Origin: Antedon mediterranea
Taxonomy: Eukaryota > Animalia > Echinodermata
Reading direction: 5' to 3'
DNA: 64,000 nt
Assembly (NCBI RefSeq): GCF_964355755.1
Contig: NC_092678.1
Location: 2,124,422-2,188,421 of the forward strand
The notes beneath the pieces are model-generated. The model saw only the letters and a list, made by a program, of their open reading frames with translations. It was not told the origin of the DNA and ran no database searches. The position numbers were made by a program, and so were the translations under genes. Numbering within the stretch: the first letter of the stretch is position 1; each line of letters starts with the position of its first letter. This document shows, piece after piece, positions 11,601 through 26,600 of this stretch.

Positions 11601-14600
11601 CAGTGGATACCATTAAAAAAAACAATTAAAATTGAGACACCCATGCTCTGTCCACACTATCAACTAGTTTAACAAAAAAAAGTGTGATGTGCTCAAATAT
11701 GGTAGTGATATACCTAAATAATGGTAGTGATATGACATCATCATGTCCATATATGGACACATCACATGTTGTTGTCACAAAAAGTTTGATAGTGTAGACA
11801 TAGTTTTATACAGCATTGCTTCCAATTGTCATAGGACCATAACAAAAATCTTACTTATCATAAACTCCTTTATCAGTTAGCGCACTCATAATATCACCCT
11901 CAAACATTCCAAAGAATCTACCAACCTAAAATAAAGATAAATTAAGATTAAAATTTATATTCTAACAAACCTTTATTAAGAAGATGAAATACAGTATTGT
12001 TTACATGGTGTAAGCAAACTGATTTGGTGGTGGAGTGCTTATAAGATTTAAAAATATAATACACCATATATTTCCAATATGGTAATGAGGTAAAGGTAAG
12101 AATGCTTCGTAGCATAACAATCAAAATAGATTCTGGAGTTTTGGGCCAGCCACAGGTGTCCAACCCCAGGTTTGGGCTAGGCCACAGGTGTCCTAACCCC
12201 AGGTTTGGGCCAGCCCACAGGTGTCCAACCCCAGGTTTGGGCTAGGCCACAGGTGTCCTAACCCCAGGTTTAGGCCAGGCCATAGGTGTCCAACCCCAGG
12301 TTTGGGCCAGCCCACAGGTGGTCAACCCCAGGTTTGGGCCAGGCCATAGGTGTCCAACCCCAGGTTTGGGCCAGCCCACAGGTGTCCAACCCCAGGTTCG
12401 GGCCAGCCCACAGGTGTCCAACCCCAGGTTCGGGCAAGTCGATTAACTTCCAATCCCACAAGCGTTTATATTTTCTTTCTACTTACATCTATTGTAGTAT
12501 CTGCACTAGTGGAGATGAGAAATCCACCATCATCAATGAGGTAACAGATGATGCTCTGTAAAACACGTTTTTGCATAATAACATTTATTTCAAATTTAAT
12601 TTATTAATATATATTTCCTTGTGCACATTAAAAGATAAATTCATTGCAGGAAAAAATTGGTCAATAATAAGTACAAAAAAAAACATTATGTGTGATTCGA
12701 CAAGATACACCCCAGAATAATAATAAACACACATACCGAATTTATACAGGATTCAACCTAAAAAAAAAGAAGTAAATATGCATAGAATAAGAAAGCAAAG
12801 CAATAAATATGACATTTAAAAAAAATTTTATATGGAGACAATTATATATTTAGAGAGCTTTCGATTTGATGGTTTCTATGTCCAGGCAATGACCGATGAC
12901 ACATCAATCAACCTGATCTAACAACAAAACCAACTAACAAAAGCAATTTACAACTAAAGCCTGGTTTCCATAAAATCGCTACAACGTGTCGCCGACTGCT
13001 CTGTCGCCGACAGAGCGTAGCGATTCTATGGAAACGCTAGAATTTATCGGGGATCTAGTACGCGAGCGCTAAATATTCTTTGGTACACGCGTATACGACT
13101 CATCGCCGACAAAATCGGCAAAGTTGAACATGGTTGAACTTTGCCGATTTGTCTGCGACGAATCGGGGAGACCTCCCCGATGCGAGTCGGCGACATCTGC
13201 GCGTGTAGCGATTTCAATGGAAACGGTGTAGCGATTTTATGGAAACCAGGTTTAACAAAACTAAAACAATATATACGGTACATGATATATTTTTTCAAAT
13301 AAACTATGAGTACATACATTATTTGTCCATATTGTGGCAAATTGATCATAGCTCAGGATAACCGACATTACTATGAAACAAAGGAATAAATTAGATAGTA
13401 TACAAATAATGAATGCTTATGAGTGGAATGGTACAAATAATGGCATGAGGCAGTAGAATAATTTTGAGATGGTCCCTTACCTGCTGGTATAACTTCTCGG
13501 ACCCGTATTGCCATGCTTATAGTAACCTCTAAATCATCTCCACTCTCATACCTATGATCATCTACATTAAACAAATAAAATAAATTAATTAGGAAAAATA
13601 TATATTTTCAACTATGTAATGATATTTCAATTACTGTAGTAATTAAAAAAACTATATTTTCAAATATCAAATAACTACAACTATGTTACAATTAAATGTA
13701 ACTATGTTACAATTAAATGTAACTATGTTGCAGTTAAATGTAACTATGTTACAATTAAATGTAACTATGTTGCAACTGCATGTAGCTTTACAACTATAAC
13801 TGTCCAAAAAACTACTAGTGTTTAAAAACCTGTTTTCAGTTGTGTAGCAAACTTTAAAACAACATACCTTTTTTGTAAGGTACAGCAAACACAAAACCAT
13901 CAAAATACAAAGACCGTTGATAGTAGGTCTGTTCCCAAGGGTCTTGTACACTTGCTATGTCATCTTCATCCCTACAATCAATAATAAAAAGCAAGATTTG
14001 TCATACTGTACACAAGCCAGTAAAATTGCCCAAATCAAAACTGTAATACCTACCAGCTTGGATAGATGTGTGTATACCCGCATTTACTTGCTATCATTAA
14101 ATATTTCGGACCATCATCGTCACTGTTAAAAACAAAAACATAATTATGAACCCGAAAACAGAATAACTTAATAATAATTTACAACATATTTAAGCGATTT
14201 AAGCAAAATAAGTGATATGTGCTCAATTATGGTAGTGATATGCCCAAATATAGTAGTGATATGACATCATCATGTCCATATATGGGCACATTACATTTTT
14301 TTGCCACATAAAGTTGATAGTGTAGACAGAGCTTTAAAATACTTACTCAAACAAACAACCAATGTCGTTATCTTTTTCAAACTCTTTGACAACTTTGATA
14401 TCAAACAGAAGACATGGCACCATAATCGGATCACCTGCAAGAAAATAAATGTTATTTACTCAATTCAAATACAGTAGTTCCTAGAGAGTATAAACAAAAT
14501 TATATACTATAAACATGTTTTTATTACAAAATTAAATGATGCAAACATTCGGTAGCTAAAAAGATGAAATTCAGAATTGTATATCATACAATTGGAATGT

Positions 14601-17600
14601 GCATATAAAAGCCATGTAACTTGGATTAAGTGGCGGATTCAGGATTTTGAAATAAAAAAAAAACCAAAAAAATTCTGTATACTGATGTAATCTATTTTAA
14701 ATTCCATTTGAGGATATATTAAATTGAATTGAAAACTGAAAAAATTGACTTTTTCTTACATTTTTTGAATTCCTGTAAGCTATTGCTTTTCATTTCTTCC
14801 AGCTCCTGCTTAATCTCCTGCAACACTTCTTCACTAGTACTTGTGCTGGACAAGCCTGGACATAATTCCCTGTAAAATAATTACAGTCAAATAAGAGAAA
14901 TAGAAAACTTCAATCTGAGTATTGAAGTAAGAAAGAACTTGACCTTTCTGGTTTTACCAAAGTTTCTTACTGGTTTTGCCAAAGTTTCTTTACTGATTTT
15001 GCCAATATTTCTTACTGGTTTTGCCAATGTTTCTTACTGGTTTTGCCAATGTTTCTTACTGGTTTTGCCAAAGTTTCTTTACTGATTTTGCCAATATTTC
15101 TTACTGGTTTTGCCAATGTTTCTTACTGGTTTTGCCAATGTTTCTTACTGGTTTTGCCAATGTTTCTTACTGGTTTTGCCAAAGTTTCTTACTGGTTTTG
15201 CCAAAGTTTCTTTACTGATTTTGCCAATATTTCTTACTGGTTTTGCCAATATTTCTTACTGGTTTTGCCAATGTTTCTTACTGGTTTTGCCAAAGTTTCT
15301 TACTGGTTATAGTTTTGTAAAAGTTTCTTACTGATTTTGCCAATGTTTCTTACTGGTTTTGCCAAAGTTTCTTACTGGTTATAGTTTTGTAAAAGTTTCT
15401 TACTGATTTTGCCAATGTTTCTTACTGGTTTTGCCAATATTTCTTACTGGTTTTGCCAATGTTTCTTACTGGTTTTGCCAAAGTTTCTTACTGGTTTTGC
15501 CAAAGTTTCTTACTGGTTATAGTTTTGTAAAAGTTTCTTACTGGTTTTGCCAAAGTTTCTTACTGGTTATAGTTTTGTAAAAGTTTCTTACTGGTTTTGC
15601 CAATGTTTCTTACTGGTTTTGCCAAAGTTTCTTACTGGTTTTGCCAATGTTTCTTACTGGTTTTGCCAATGTTTCTTACTGGTTTTGCCAAAGTTTCTTA
15701 CTGGTTTTGCCAAAGTTTCTTACTGGTTATAGTTTTGTAAAAGTTTCTTACTGGTTTTGCCAAAGTTTCTTACTGGTTATAGTTTTGTAAAAGTTTCTTA
15801 CTGGTTTTGCCAATGTTTCTTACTGGTTTTGCCAAAGTTTCTTACTGGTTTTGCCAATGTTTCTTACTGGTTTTGCCAATGTTTCTTACTGGTTTTGCCA
15901 AAGTTTCTTACTGGTTTTGCCAAAGTTTCTTACTGGTTATAGTTTTGTAAAAGTTTCTTACTGGTTTTGCCAAAGTTTCTTACTGGTTATAGTTTTGTAA
16001 AAGTTTCTTACTGGTTTTGCTAAAGTTTTTTACTGGTTTTGCCAAAGTTTCTTACTGGTTTTTCCAAAGTTTATTACTGGTTTTGTCAAAGATTTCATAC
16101 TGGTTTTGCCAAAATTTCTCAATGATTTTGCCAAAGTTTCTTTACTGGTTTTGTCAAAGATTTCTTACTGGTTTTTCCAAAGTTTCTTACTGGCTTTGCC
16201 AACGTTTGTTACTGGTTTTGAAAAAGTTTCTTAATAATTTTTCCAAAGGTTCTCACTGGTTTTGCAAAAGTTTCTTACTGGTTTTGCTAAGTTTCTTACT
16301 GGTTTTGCTAAGTTTCTTACTGGTTTTGCCAAAGTTTCTTACTGGTTTTGCCAAAGTTTCTTAATGATTTTGCCAAAGTTTTTTACTGGTTTTACAAGAA
16401 TTGTGACAATAAGTATGGAAGGAATAGTTTAACAAGAACATGTCAGCTTAAAACCAAAATATGTATTTAGAACACTTACCAATTTGCATAAACGTCTGTG
16501 CCAATTCTTTTCTCCTCGTCTTTTCCTCCTACTAATTCAATGTAGGCTGTAATACAGAAATATAAATGACGGCTAGTCAAGTTGAATAGATATGTTAGCA
16601 TGGTATAGTGGAGCTGGTTCAAATCACGTTCTAATTCAAATTAGTTTGGAATATGAATACACTACATTTAAGCTTATAACTAAACATATTAAGCATAAAC
16701 AGGTGCCTATTGATTGATCCTTTCTGCTTAAATTGAAACTGAAAAAAAAATCAGATTACTGAGGTTTTCCTTGGGTCTACAGCGGGTCTACAGCAGCTCT
16801 TGATTAGCTTAGGAGAAGATCCTCTACTCTATGTTTATTAGTGTAACAAGTACACAGGGTAAACAGCAGTTTAAATTTCTTGTTATAATTATAAATATTT
16901 ATACAGCAAGCTAAACACATAGCAACAATTACTACAGTAAAATATCATTAATAATATTGCACCATAATCAGGTGTAACAATATTAACAAAGTTAATTTAA
17001 TATTCCTACAGTACAAAGCACTTCAAGTTTAATGGCTGTATTTTCTTAACTTCTTTAGGCGGATTGAAATACAATCACTGTAATACACTACATTAACATT
17101 ACAAACCTAAATGATGAGTTACTTGGGTAAATATCTAAGCATGAACGTGTTCATTCATAAATATATATTGTAATATATTATAAATTTGGAATGAGTTATT
17201 AAAACTACAAGCAATAAAGAATATGGTAGCTCAATGTACAACTTATTAGTGGCGGATCTAGCACATAGGCCTACAGAAGAATGGGATAATCATGTCATAA
17301 AATGCTATTTTTATTAGAAGCAGGCAGCACAATATTGGTGTAGGTTAAAAGCTCTTTTCGAACGTATTTATGGTGGTTGGAGGCTTCTTGGATAACGACT
17401 TCTATCAGGTGTAGGTTAAAAGCAGCTCTTTTCGAACGTATTATGGTGGTTAGGAGTCTTCTTGGATTCAGCTGCACCCAATCCCAGCATAGCATAGGTT
17501 AAGCATAGATATATTTATAGTGAACATATGGTATAAACTGCAACATGATTATTGCACTAGCAACTACATATAGGCAATATAGTGAAACACTTGTGGCCAT

Positions 17601-20600
17601 ATTAAATGCACATACAGTTTTAGCTATCTTGACTTACTCGCCAGGGAACTAAAGTCATCTATGTTATATTCAAAATCCTGTTGCTTAGATGGTATTACTT
17701 TAAAAAAAAATTATCACACATATTGTTTAAAATCTTATAAAAAGTTATGGTATATTTGGCATAAAAATCTATTAAAAAAACTGTAAAGTTATTAAAATAA
17801 AAGAAAATGAATTAATTAATAAATAAAGATTTGAACCCAGAATGTTCTGCTTGATATGCAGACATCCTAAGTTCATGGTATGGTTCAATTGGATTGGACA
17901 GCGACTAGTTTTAGCCTTTTTAAAAAACAATATAATTAATTATAAAATGAAATTATTAAAATATATGTTTGGTAAACAATCAAGAAATAATTGCTATATC
18001 TAAGAAAACAAATGCATAAATAAACTAGACATGTAACTCGTCACTTTGATGAGTTAGTTATCCGCCCGACAAACGCCACGTGCACGTCATACGTTGGAAT
18101 ATTGCACACAGAAAAAGATTATGGCATTATGACCTGAACTGAAGAATATGATATGTTGTTATTGCTGAATTCTGTTATTTTGTGTCATATAGTATACACA
18201 GTATAATCTGTATACATATCACATACAGTGTAGAATAGGTGAAAATATGGGACCCGCTATTTATTCAAATTTTTAACATGTTGACAGTTTCAAAATGAAA
18301 CTCAAATGTAGCAATTTCGGAAGGAAATTATCTCAGCAACAACATATTAACGTGTTGAAGAAATTTGAATACGTGAAATATTGATGCACTCTCTTTTAAA
18401 TGTAATGAACTATGACGCAAAAGATGAAAATACGACTTTTTTATTTAACTGGCCATATGATGACGTCACAACATCCGATTGGCAAAATGTTAACATGATT
18501 TCATATCTACAATCCAATAGCATCCAATAGCTTCCAGAAAACGTTTTAATCGTGATTATCACATTTTATTTTGACAAGCTATAACAGATTAAAATTTACT
18601 GTAAAGATGAAAATACGTGATAATATGATTTACATTTTTAGACATGATGACGTCATAAAAATTAAAATATTGTTAACTCATGCGAAAGATATTTGATTGA
18701 CCTAGACAATATTAAAATCTCAGAGAAAATGTAAGACGAATAAGTGGAGATGCGCTCCATTGAATGTGATGAGCAAAAACGAAAGAGACAAAAATCCTAT
18801 ATTTTACATTTGTGTGGCCATACGATGACGTCACAATGTCCGGTTAGTCACATTACTGTTTGATATCTACAACTCATCAACTTCCAGAATACAAAATGAA
18901 AATAACTTTCACCGTTTAGTTTAGAAACTACGACTGTTTAAAAAAAGGCATAATTTTGACAAAATTTTGAACTTTTTCATCAAAAAAGCACGCAAATTGT
19001 CCAAATTCAGCGTGCTCGTATGACGTAATTTTAGGTTGAAATTGTTTAAAAGTTGGTAATATTACTAGAAAAGGCTGGAAAAACATAAATCACCCAAAAA
19101 AATATGTTTTTAACGCTACATGCGCTCCACATTCTGCGCGTGCGTGGGAATTTAGAAATTAATTTTGCTCATTTTAAACTTTTAAATGCGCGTGCGCGCG
19201 TAACTTTGTGTAAAACACACAATTAAACGCAAATTAAACTTTTGCAAAGTTTCAAGTTAAAATGTTATTTGGTTTTTGACCTATGTTAAATACGCAACAT
19301 TCATAAAATCGCGCTTAAGTCACGTTGCGCAATTGTAAACATTCTGAAAAGGTTCGCTGCACAACTTCATATGAATGGCGATATGTTGAGAAAGTTACGA
19401 AATGTTATGTTTGCAAGTTTTACAGATACGCGCGACACAAAAAATTACAGAAAGAAAGAAGATAAAGAAAAAAAAGATGTTGATTTCGTACAATCACAAG
19501 GAGTTATCCTGCAACTTTGTTGCGGATAACTAATTTTAGTAAATTATAGTAGAATCTCCTATTAAGGAGTCACCTGGGAGGTAACAAAATGTCCCTTTAT
19601 AGGGGTGTCCTCTAAATAGTATGGATGCTACTCTATAATAATGAAAAGATGAAAATAATGATCATTCAATTGGCATAAAATAAACAGTATTAATATATTT
19701 TCTGTATATAGTAAATATTAATAGAAATTATATAAATAATTAATGATAATATTATTCTGCTCCATTAGCATCATGACCAAATCTAATAAGTGAGTACTAG
19801 GTATGGTAAACGACTTTTGTCCTCTGACCATTGAATATAAGATAGTGCTATGTGATAAGCAGTAATCTACATACTAAAATAATTTTACAGCAGAACTCCT
19901 TTTAAGTGGACACCATTGAAACCTAATCTCTGTGTGTAAAAATAAAATCATGCAGGTGTGAAAGTAAAGACACCCATTGTCAGTAAACAAAATGCATGCA
20001 ATAAATCCCAATTCTGTATCACTGCAGATAAGAAAGCTGTCATGCAGTAAGCACAGATATTTCTAAAAAAAACTTTGATTATTAAGTAGAATTCCAATAT
20101 GCTTTGTGGTGATTACCTTCTGTTGAATTGGCGGTCACTTTACATGTAAAATTACTGTCTATAACTTGGTCTAGAACTGTGAAGAGTTTAAACCAAATTG
20201 TATAAACGTTGACGAAACAGGAAACTAGTATTTATATTATTTATTGCATGACCTCTGGGGTCCTACTATAGTCCAATAATTACTCTACTCTAAAATAATT
20301 TATGAATAGTTCTTTTTACTCTCAATGTGATACAAAAATATATATTCATTATTAATAATTAACTAATAGTAATGTTATACTATCAATATGTAGCATGTTA
20401 CACAATAGAACATGAGGGTTTTGGGTTGAAATCATGGCATAGTCACATCAATATGTAGCATGTTACACAATAGAACATGAGGGTTTTGGGTTGAAATCAT
20501 GGCATAGTCACATCAATATGTAGCATGTTACACAATAGAACATGAGGGTTTTGGGTTGAAATCATGGCATAGTCACATCAATATGTAGCATGTTACACAA

Positions 20601-23600
20601 TAGAACATGAGGGTTTTGGGTTGAAATCATGGCATAGTCACATCAATATGTAGCATGTTACACAATAGAACATGAGGGTTTTGGGTTGAAATCATGGCAT
20701 AGTCACATCAATATGTAGCATGTTACACAATAGAACATGAGGGTTTTGGGTTGAAATCATGGCATAGTCACATCAATATGTAGCATGTTACACAATAGAA
20801 CATGAGGGTTTTGGGTTGAAATCATGGCATAGTCACATCAATATGTAGCATGTTACACAATAGAACATGAGGGTTTTGGGTTGAAATCATGGCATAGTCA
20901 CATCAATATGTAGCATGTTACACAATAGAACATGAGGGTTTTGGGTTGAAATCATGGCATAGTCACATCAATATGTAGCATGTTACACAATAGAACATGA
21001 GGGTTTTGGGTTGAAATCATGGCATAGGCACAGAACCACAATTGCCTCAAGGCCAACAAACTTCCTAAAGTCAAATTTCCACTAGGCAAATTGAAAGCAT
21101 CAGCTTATACACATGCTCATTCATGTTTCAATCTTATAAATCCCTCTCCGAGTGTTTCACTTCAGTGAAATTGGTAGCTGTTCCTACTTTTTGAGAAGCG
21201 AAAAGGTGCACAACCAATCAGAGCACTCATGCAAATCAAAAACCTCAGCAGACACGCGATGAACATAAAAATCAAAGGGCAGTGAGATTTTTTTCTCTGC
21301 GAAATGTTGGATTCGCGCAAACAAATTCACCCAGTGGAAGGTCAGCTTTATTCTAATCAAGAGTTTAGTTAAAGATGTATTGTTCCCCTGAAAAATAATT
21401 TTTTTGTTGAATATGACATTTTAATGTCACATAATAGTTATCCACTGTCACCAAAAAATGCATCTAAACAAAATTTATTTACCTGAAAAAAATGTATTTT
21501 AAAGCATAAAATTGTTCAATTGGCTGCCAGCCAATATATTTTTGGTTGAATTTAACCATGTATTATGTTATTTTGTAAGTGAAAACATTACTTTTTTCCG
21601 TTTTTTTTTTCTACGGAAGTGATTAACTTTATTAAAACTACAAAATAACCTATTCTAGGTCTGATTTAATTATTAATCTTCATTTATCATGTTTTTGGGG
21701 ACAATATACATCTTTAAGGAATCAAGTGTTTTATTTTACGATGATACTGTTGATTGTACGCTGCAATAAACACATTAAAATAAATTCTTACTTGAGGCAA
21801 AGCCGTTATCACTCAGTATCGAATTGGCCACTTGGAATTCATATAAATCAAACTTTGGCTGCACAATTGCCATGCTGCAAAATATACATTTTTACATTAA
21901 CGACATTAATCAATATAAATTAATCATATAAATATTAATGACACCAAATAATATATACATCCTTAAAAGCTTTTATTACGTTATAACTAGTATAATGATA
22001 CAAAGTTTGCGGGACAACATATATGTTGCTCTAAAAAGCACTGTTAAGATTCTTGAGAAATCTGCTCTTAAAAGCTGAAAGGGAAAGTACATTGATTTTC
22101 ACGATCTCCATTTGGCGTTACATCTACAGTATGTTGTTGATTATGTGACTTAAAACGATCGAAAATAAAAATGTCCAGAAATCATGATATGCTGTCCCTC
22201 AAATGATTTGGCCAGATACAACTTAAGGAGTGGAATATTTTAGTATCAATCAAAACAGCTTAGTAAAATTTTGTGATTGTTAAGACGAGTGTCAAGATAT
22301 GCCATGTGAATCCTTTAAAGAAATAATGAATGCCAGGAAAAATTGAATGAATGTTTTATATTAGCTCCAGCAACTATAACCTGGAATCCGCAAACTAACC
22401 TGAAACTTGTTGCATTTATATTTGTATAAGAGTAAGTCATACTGATGTTGTGAACATACCGCTGTAAATAAAAACATAATTGTATATAAATCTTGTAGGT
22501 CTATCGTTATTGTATCATACTATTTGAAAGCTATGGGATTGTTTTCCATTTTACAAATCGAGGGTCTTAAGTGTCATTTGCACCTGTGCCAGCACAAATC
22601 AAATTGAATGTTTCGTTTTCATGATGCTACACATGGCTATGCACCAGTCGACATTTACATTTTACTTAACTACGAAAAATTAAATTTACATTTGCAAAGA
22701 AACAAAAAATGAACCTTACTTCACCCTTTGACATTACTAAGGATATAAAGGTCACATTGTTCGTCATCTCGTCAATCATCGCTTTTCTCAAATTTACCAA
22801 CTTTAAAAAAAAACACAAGAAATGATGAATAATAATATAATTATGTTGTTTTTATATAGCTCTTAGTGCTCAAAGCCTCTAAGCGTTTCACATTTATTAT
22901 ACAACCAGTGGGTACAAAATTGGTGTTGGTAAAATGACTAAACTTTGAATACTCACATCATCACTTCCTTTTGGAATGACCTCAACTTCCAAGAGGTCAA
23001 CGTTAGGAGGATCAGACAAGTATCCAAGCTAAGTCAAGAAAACCAATAAAGAAAATATTAATTCAATGAAACATTTGTATTACTCCACAAAACAATAAAA
23101 AAATAGTTCATATTTAAAAAATCTAATCTTTATATAAAATATACATTTTACTACCATGCTGAATGCTGTTTTTTATATCTTAAACTTTAAATAAAAAATT
23201 GAAAGTATTGTTAAATTAGTTATTGGCTTATAGTTTAAATATTTAATTAGATTTGTTTTAGTAAATTTTAAAAATTTGTTTAACACAATTATTAATAAGA
23301 TTAATTGAAAATGGACAGTTTATTACGATTCACTACACATTTATTTTGTCCAACAAACAATAATTACTGGTAATACAAATATGGTATTAATTATATATAA
23401 ACAATATAACTTGTTATTTTTTTAATTATGGCTACACAGATTATTAACAAAAATGTTATGTAATTTATTCAATCAAATAAATCATTATTGTTTACTATTA
23501 TTATATTATAATAAAAACTTAATTATAAAATTGATTATAATTAGTTATAACAATTAAGAAATCCTCAACTCATTCAAAGATTAATTATGTAAATATAACA

Positions 23601-26600
23601 TTACACACAAATAAAAATAAGGTTTAATTATACAGTATTTAAAAATCAGTGCTGAAACAAAAATATGAATAACACTATAAAATATGAGACCTACTCACTT
23701 TTGAATGTTTTACCACATAGGAAAACACCCAAGTGGTTAGAAAAATGATGTGAAAAAACATTCATCTTTAAAGACCAGACCACCTAAGCTACTGAAGATT
23801 GGCATGCAAATTTGAGGTAAAGTGTCTGGATATTTTCAGTAGAAACAAATTGGAAATATGCACAGGATTAGTTAGTAAACGTTTATTTTTTTTTCCTGGT
23901 TAAAACTGTTCCAGAAGCATGCTTTCACGAAAGTACATGCTTTTTTCCATGCTTTTCCTTGGCCTCACTTTTCCCATTTTCTATTAGAAATATACAAATC
24001 ACACTTTATTTCCCAGTCATACTGTAATAAGTTCAAACAATTCACACTTTCTAAGTAACTTTTCCTTTTTTGTATGGGGACTACTATGTTCAAGCAAAAT
24101 CACACTTTCTTTCCAAGTAAACTTTTCCCATTTTGTAATAGAAATACTAGTTCAAACAATTCACACTTTCTAAGTAACTTTTCCCATTTTTGTATGGGGA
24201 CTACTAGGTATATTAAGCAAAATCACACTTTCTTTCCAAGTAAACTTTTCCGATTTTCTAATAGGAATACTAGTTCAAACAATTCACACTTTTCCTGTCA
24301 CTTCTCTCAAATTGTTCTATTACACCACTTTCTCTATGTTAATAATTCACTTTTGATCACATTTTTCCTATATATATTTTCTCAAACCATATGGTATGAA
24401 CATTTCTCCAAAGAAAAGCTATCAAATGCTTATTATTTTTTTGTTATTGTTATCATGGAGGGTGGTGCAAATTTAGCAAAACAAACACTTAAAATATAGC
24501 TTTCATCCCTGAGTCTTTTAGTCTTATCTCTCACTTCCTATTCTTTGATTTCACAGAACTGCAAATTTTGAGTCCATGTTTGAAATAATAACATTTTGCT
24601 ATAAAAAAAAAGTTTTTCTACTAACAGTACCACAGACTGAAACTGCTCATGAAATCTTCTTCATATAATATAAGACAATTTTTCACTGTTATTTCAAAAC
24701 TATAAGTTCAAACAATTCACATTCTCTTTCTAAGTAACTTTTTCATTTTTTAATGAGAATACTATATTAAGTTCAAACAATACTTTCCCACTAAATGTTT
24801 CACTTTCTCTGTCCAAACACCATATCACACGTTCACAACGTAAGTTTTTTCCTATCTGCTAACTTTCTCCAAACTTTCTTCATAATATTCCCTTGATTTC
24901 ATATATTTTTTAATACTTATCTTCTCAGTTCAGTGGTCGTCAACGACTAATGTTTATGGCAAATAAAAAAAAAACAACAAATTTTGTTCTACTGCAAGGA
25001 GGGTCAGGCAATAAATAATGAGGGGGGAGATTTGTTAGCACCACACAGCAAATAACAACTACAAAATTACAGTCTAGTGGTGTTCTTATTGAATATGATG
25101 CTATGATATGTGCTGAGAAAAGATAAGAGCATTTAGGGGTAAAAATGATTACTTAATACTTTGTCTATATCTGGTATATGAATGGGTGAGCGTTTGTGTA
25201 CAGACATTTTTAATTGACATACAATACTATGATCACAAACGCTAATCAACAGATAAATTACATTTCAAAACATTCTACAAAAAACAGTGCAACATAAATG
25301 CTATTATTACCTGTGGCATTTACAACAGGAAACGATTATTTCACGACATGACAAAACATTAAAACACGACCAAACATGTCACAAAACATTATATTACGTG
25401 AGTGATTATCGGAGCCACAAAATCCAGCCTGGTTTTTACATACTTTCTCAATTTTAAACTCAAATTTCAATCAATATCAAATCAATATTTTACGAATTGT
25501 TTAAAGAACATTATTTAGTAAAAATTGAATACATTGTTTTTGTAAATCATCAAACTCTTAAGAAACCTCCATAATGTCCTTCAAATTTGTTTTTCTCCAT
25601 CGTTCACTTATTTAATGTTTAATAGTTAACGGTTAGGTCTAGAATTTTGTTGCAGTTTTAATTTAAATTAATCATATTATTACATTTTAAATCACATAGA
25701 AAAGCAAGTACAGACATCAGACAAACAGGAAACTTAAAAAAAACAGAGATTATTTTAAAAATTCTTTATAAAATAAATTATACTGTTCACATACATTATT
25801 ATTTTCTCTGAATAAAAGGGTAATTTTCGTATAATTGAAAAAGGTATTGTTGAGTTATTCAACAAAGGTGATTTTAAACAACGAGGGCAGGCTTCAAGAT
25901 TCTACGAACCAACTAAAGGCATAATGAGGCTCCTAGCAGTGTTACAAACAGGCAGTTGCAAAATAATGTGCATTTTATTGTGCAATATAACATCACATGC
26001 TGCGAATATGCTGGGGAAATGGTTGGAGGATTTTTTGAAAAAGTTTTTGCTGAAAATAAAAATAACTGTGCATTGCAAAATGAAAAAAAAATTATGTTGC
26101 TGGTTTTTTTTTTTTGGAAGGATCAGTGCGTTAAATTTTATTGCATAATACTATATTTTTTAATTATATTTTATTTCATTATTTAAGCAAATATAATGTG
26201 TTTAAGTTTTAACAGGCATGCTTTAGTATCTATAAATCTTAGACCATCAATTTTATCAATTTATGTTTTTTAAAACAGTATGCTTAAAAAATAATTTGTA
26301 CGTTTCTGGAATTTTATTAAACATTTGTTTTGGTAGGATAAACAAATTTGGTATCAACATTAGTTACAGGTAGTAAATTTTAGGAATATCAATTTGGCGT
26401 GTTGAATTTCCAATTTTTTAATAATTAAAATATTTATTATTTATGAAAAAAAAAGATGTTATTCAGCAAAATTTAGAATAAATGTTTAATAATGTTATGC
26501 ATGCATATTGATTAGATGCCTTTGAGCGTTTCATTCGAAAAATTACTGTTAGTCGGTTAACAGACCCAAAACTTATAGTAACATCTACGTATTAAATTAG

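Noticed and set aside
15021-16364. Multiple plus-strand ORFs (MPMFLTGFA...)
   Set aside because: Artefacts of the 22-bp tandem repeat.
20383-21027. CRISPR-like appearance of regular arrays (also 56676-57076)
   Set aside because: Units are contiguous and identical with no unique spacers, there are no cas genes, and the context is eukaryotic.
25305-25335. CAG|GTAAT juxtaposition resembling a recursive splice site
   Set aside because: The motif is expected by chance, and the intron is only 6.6 kb.
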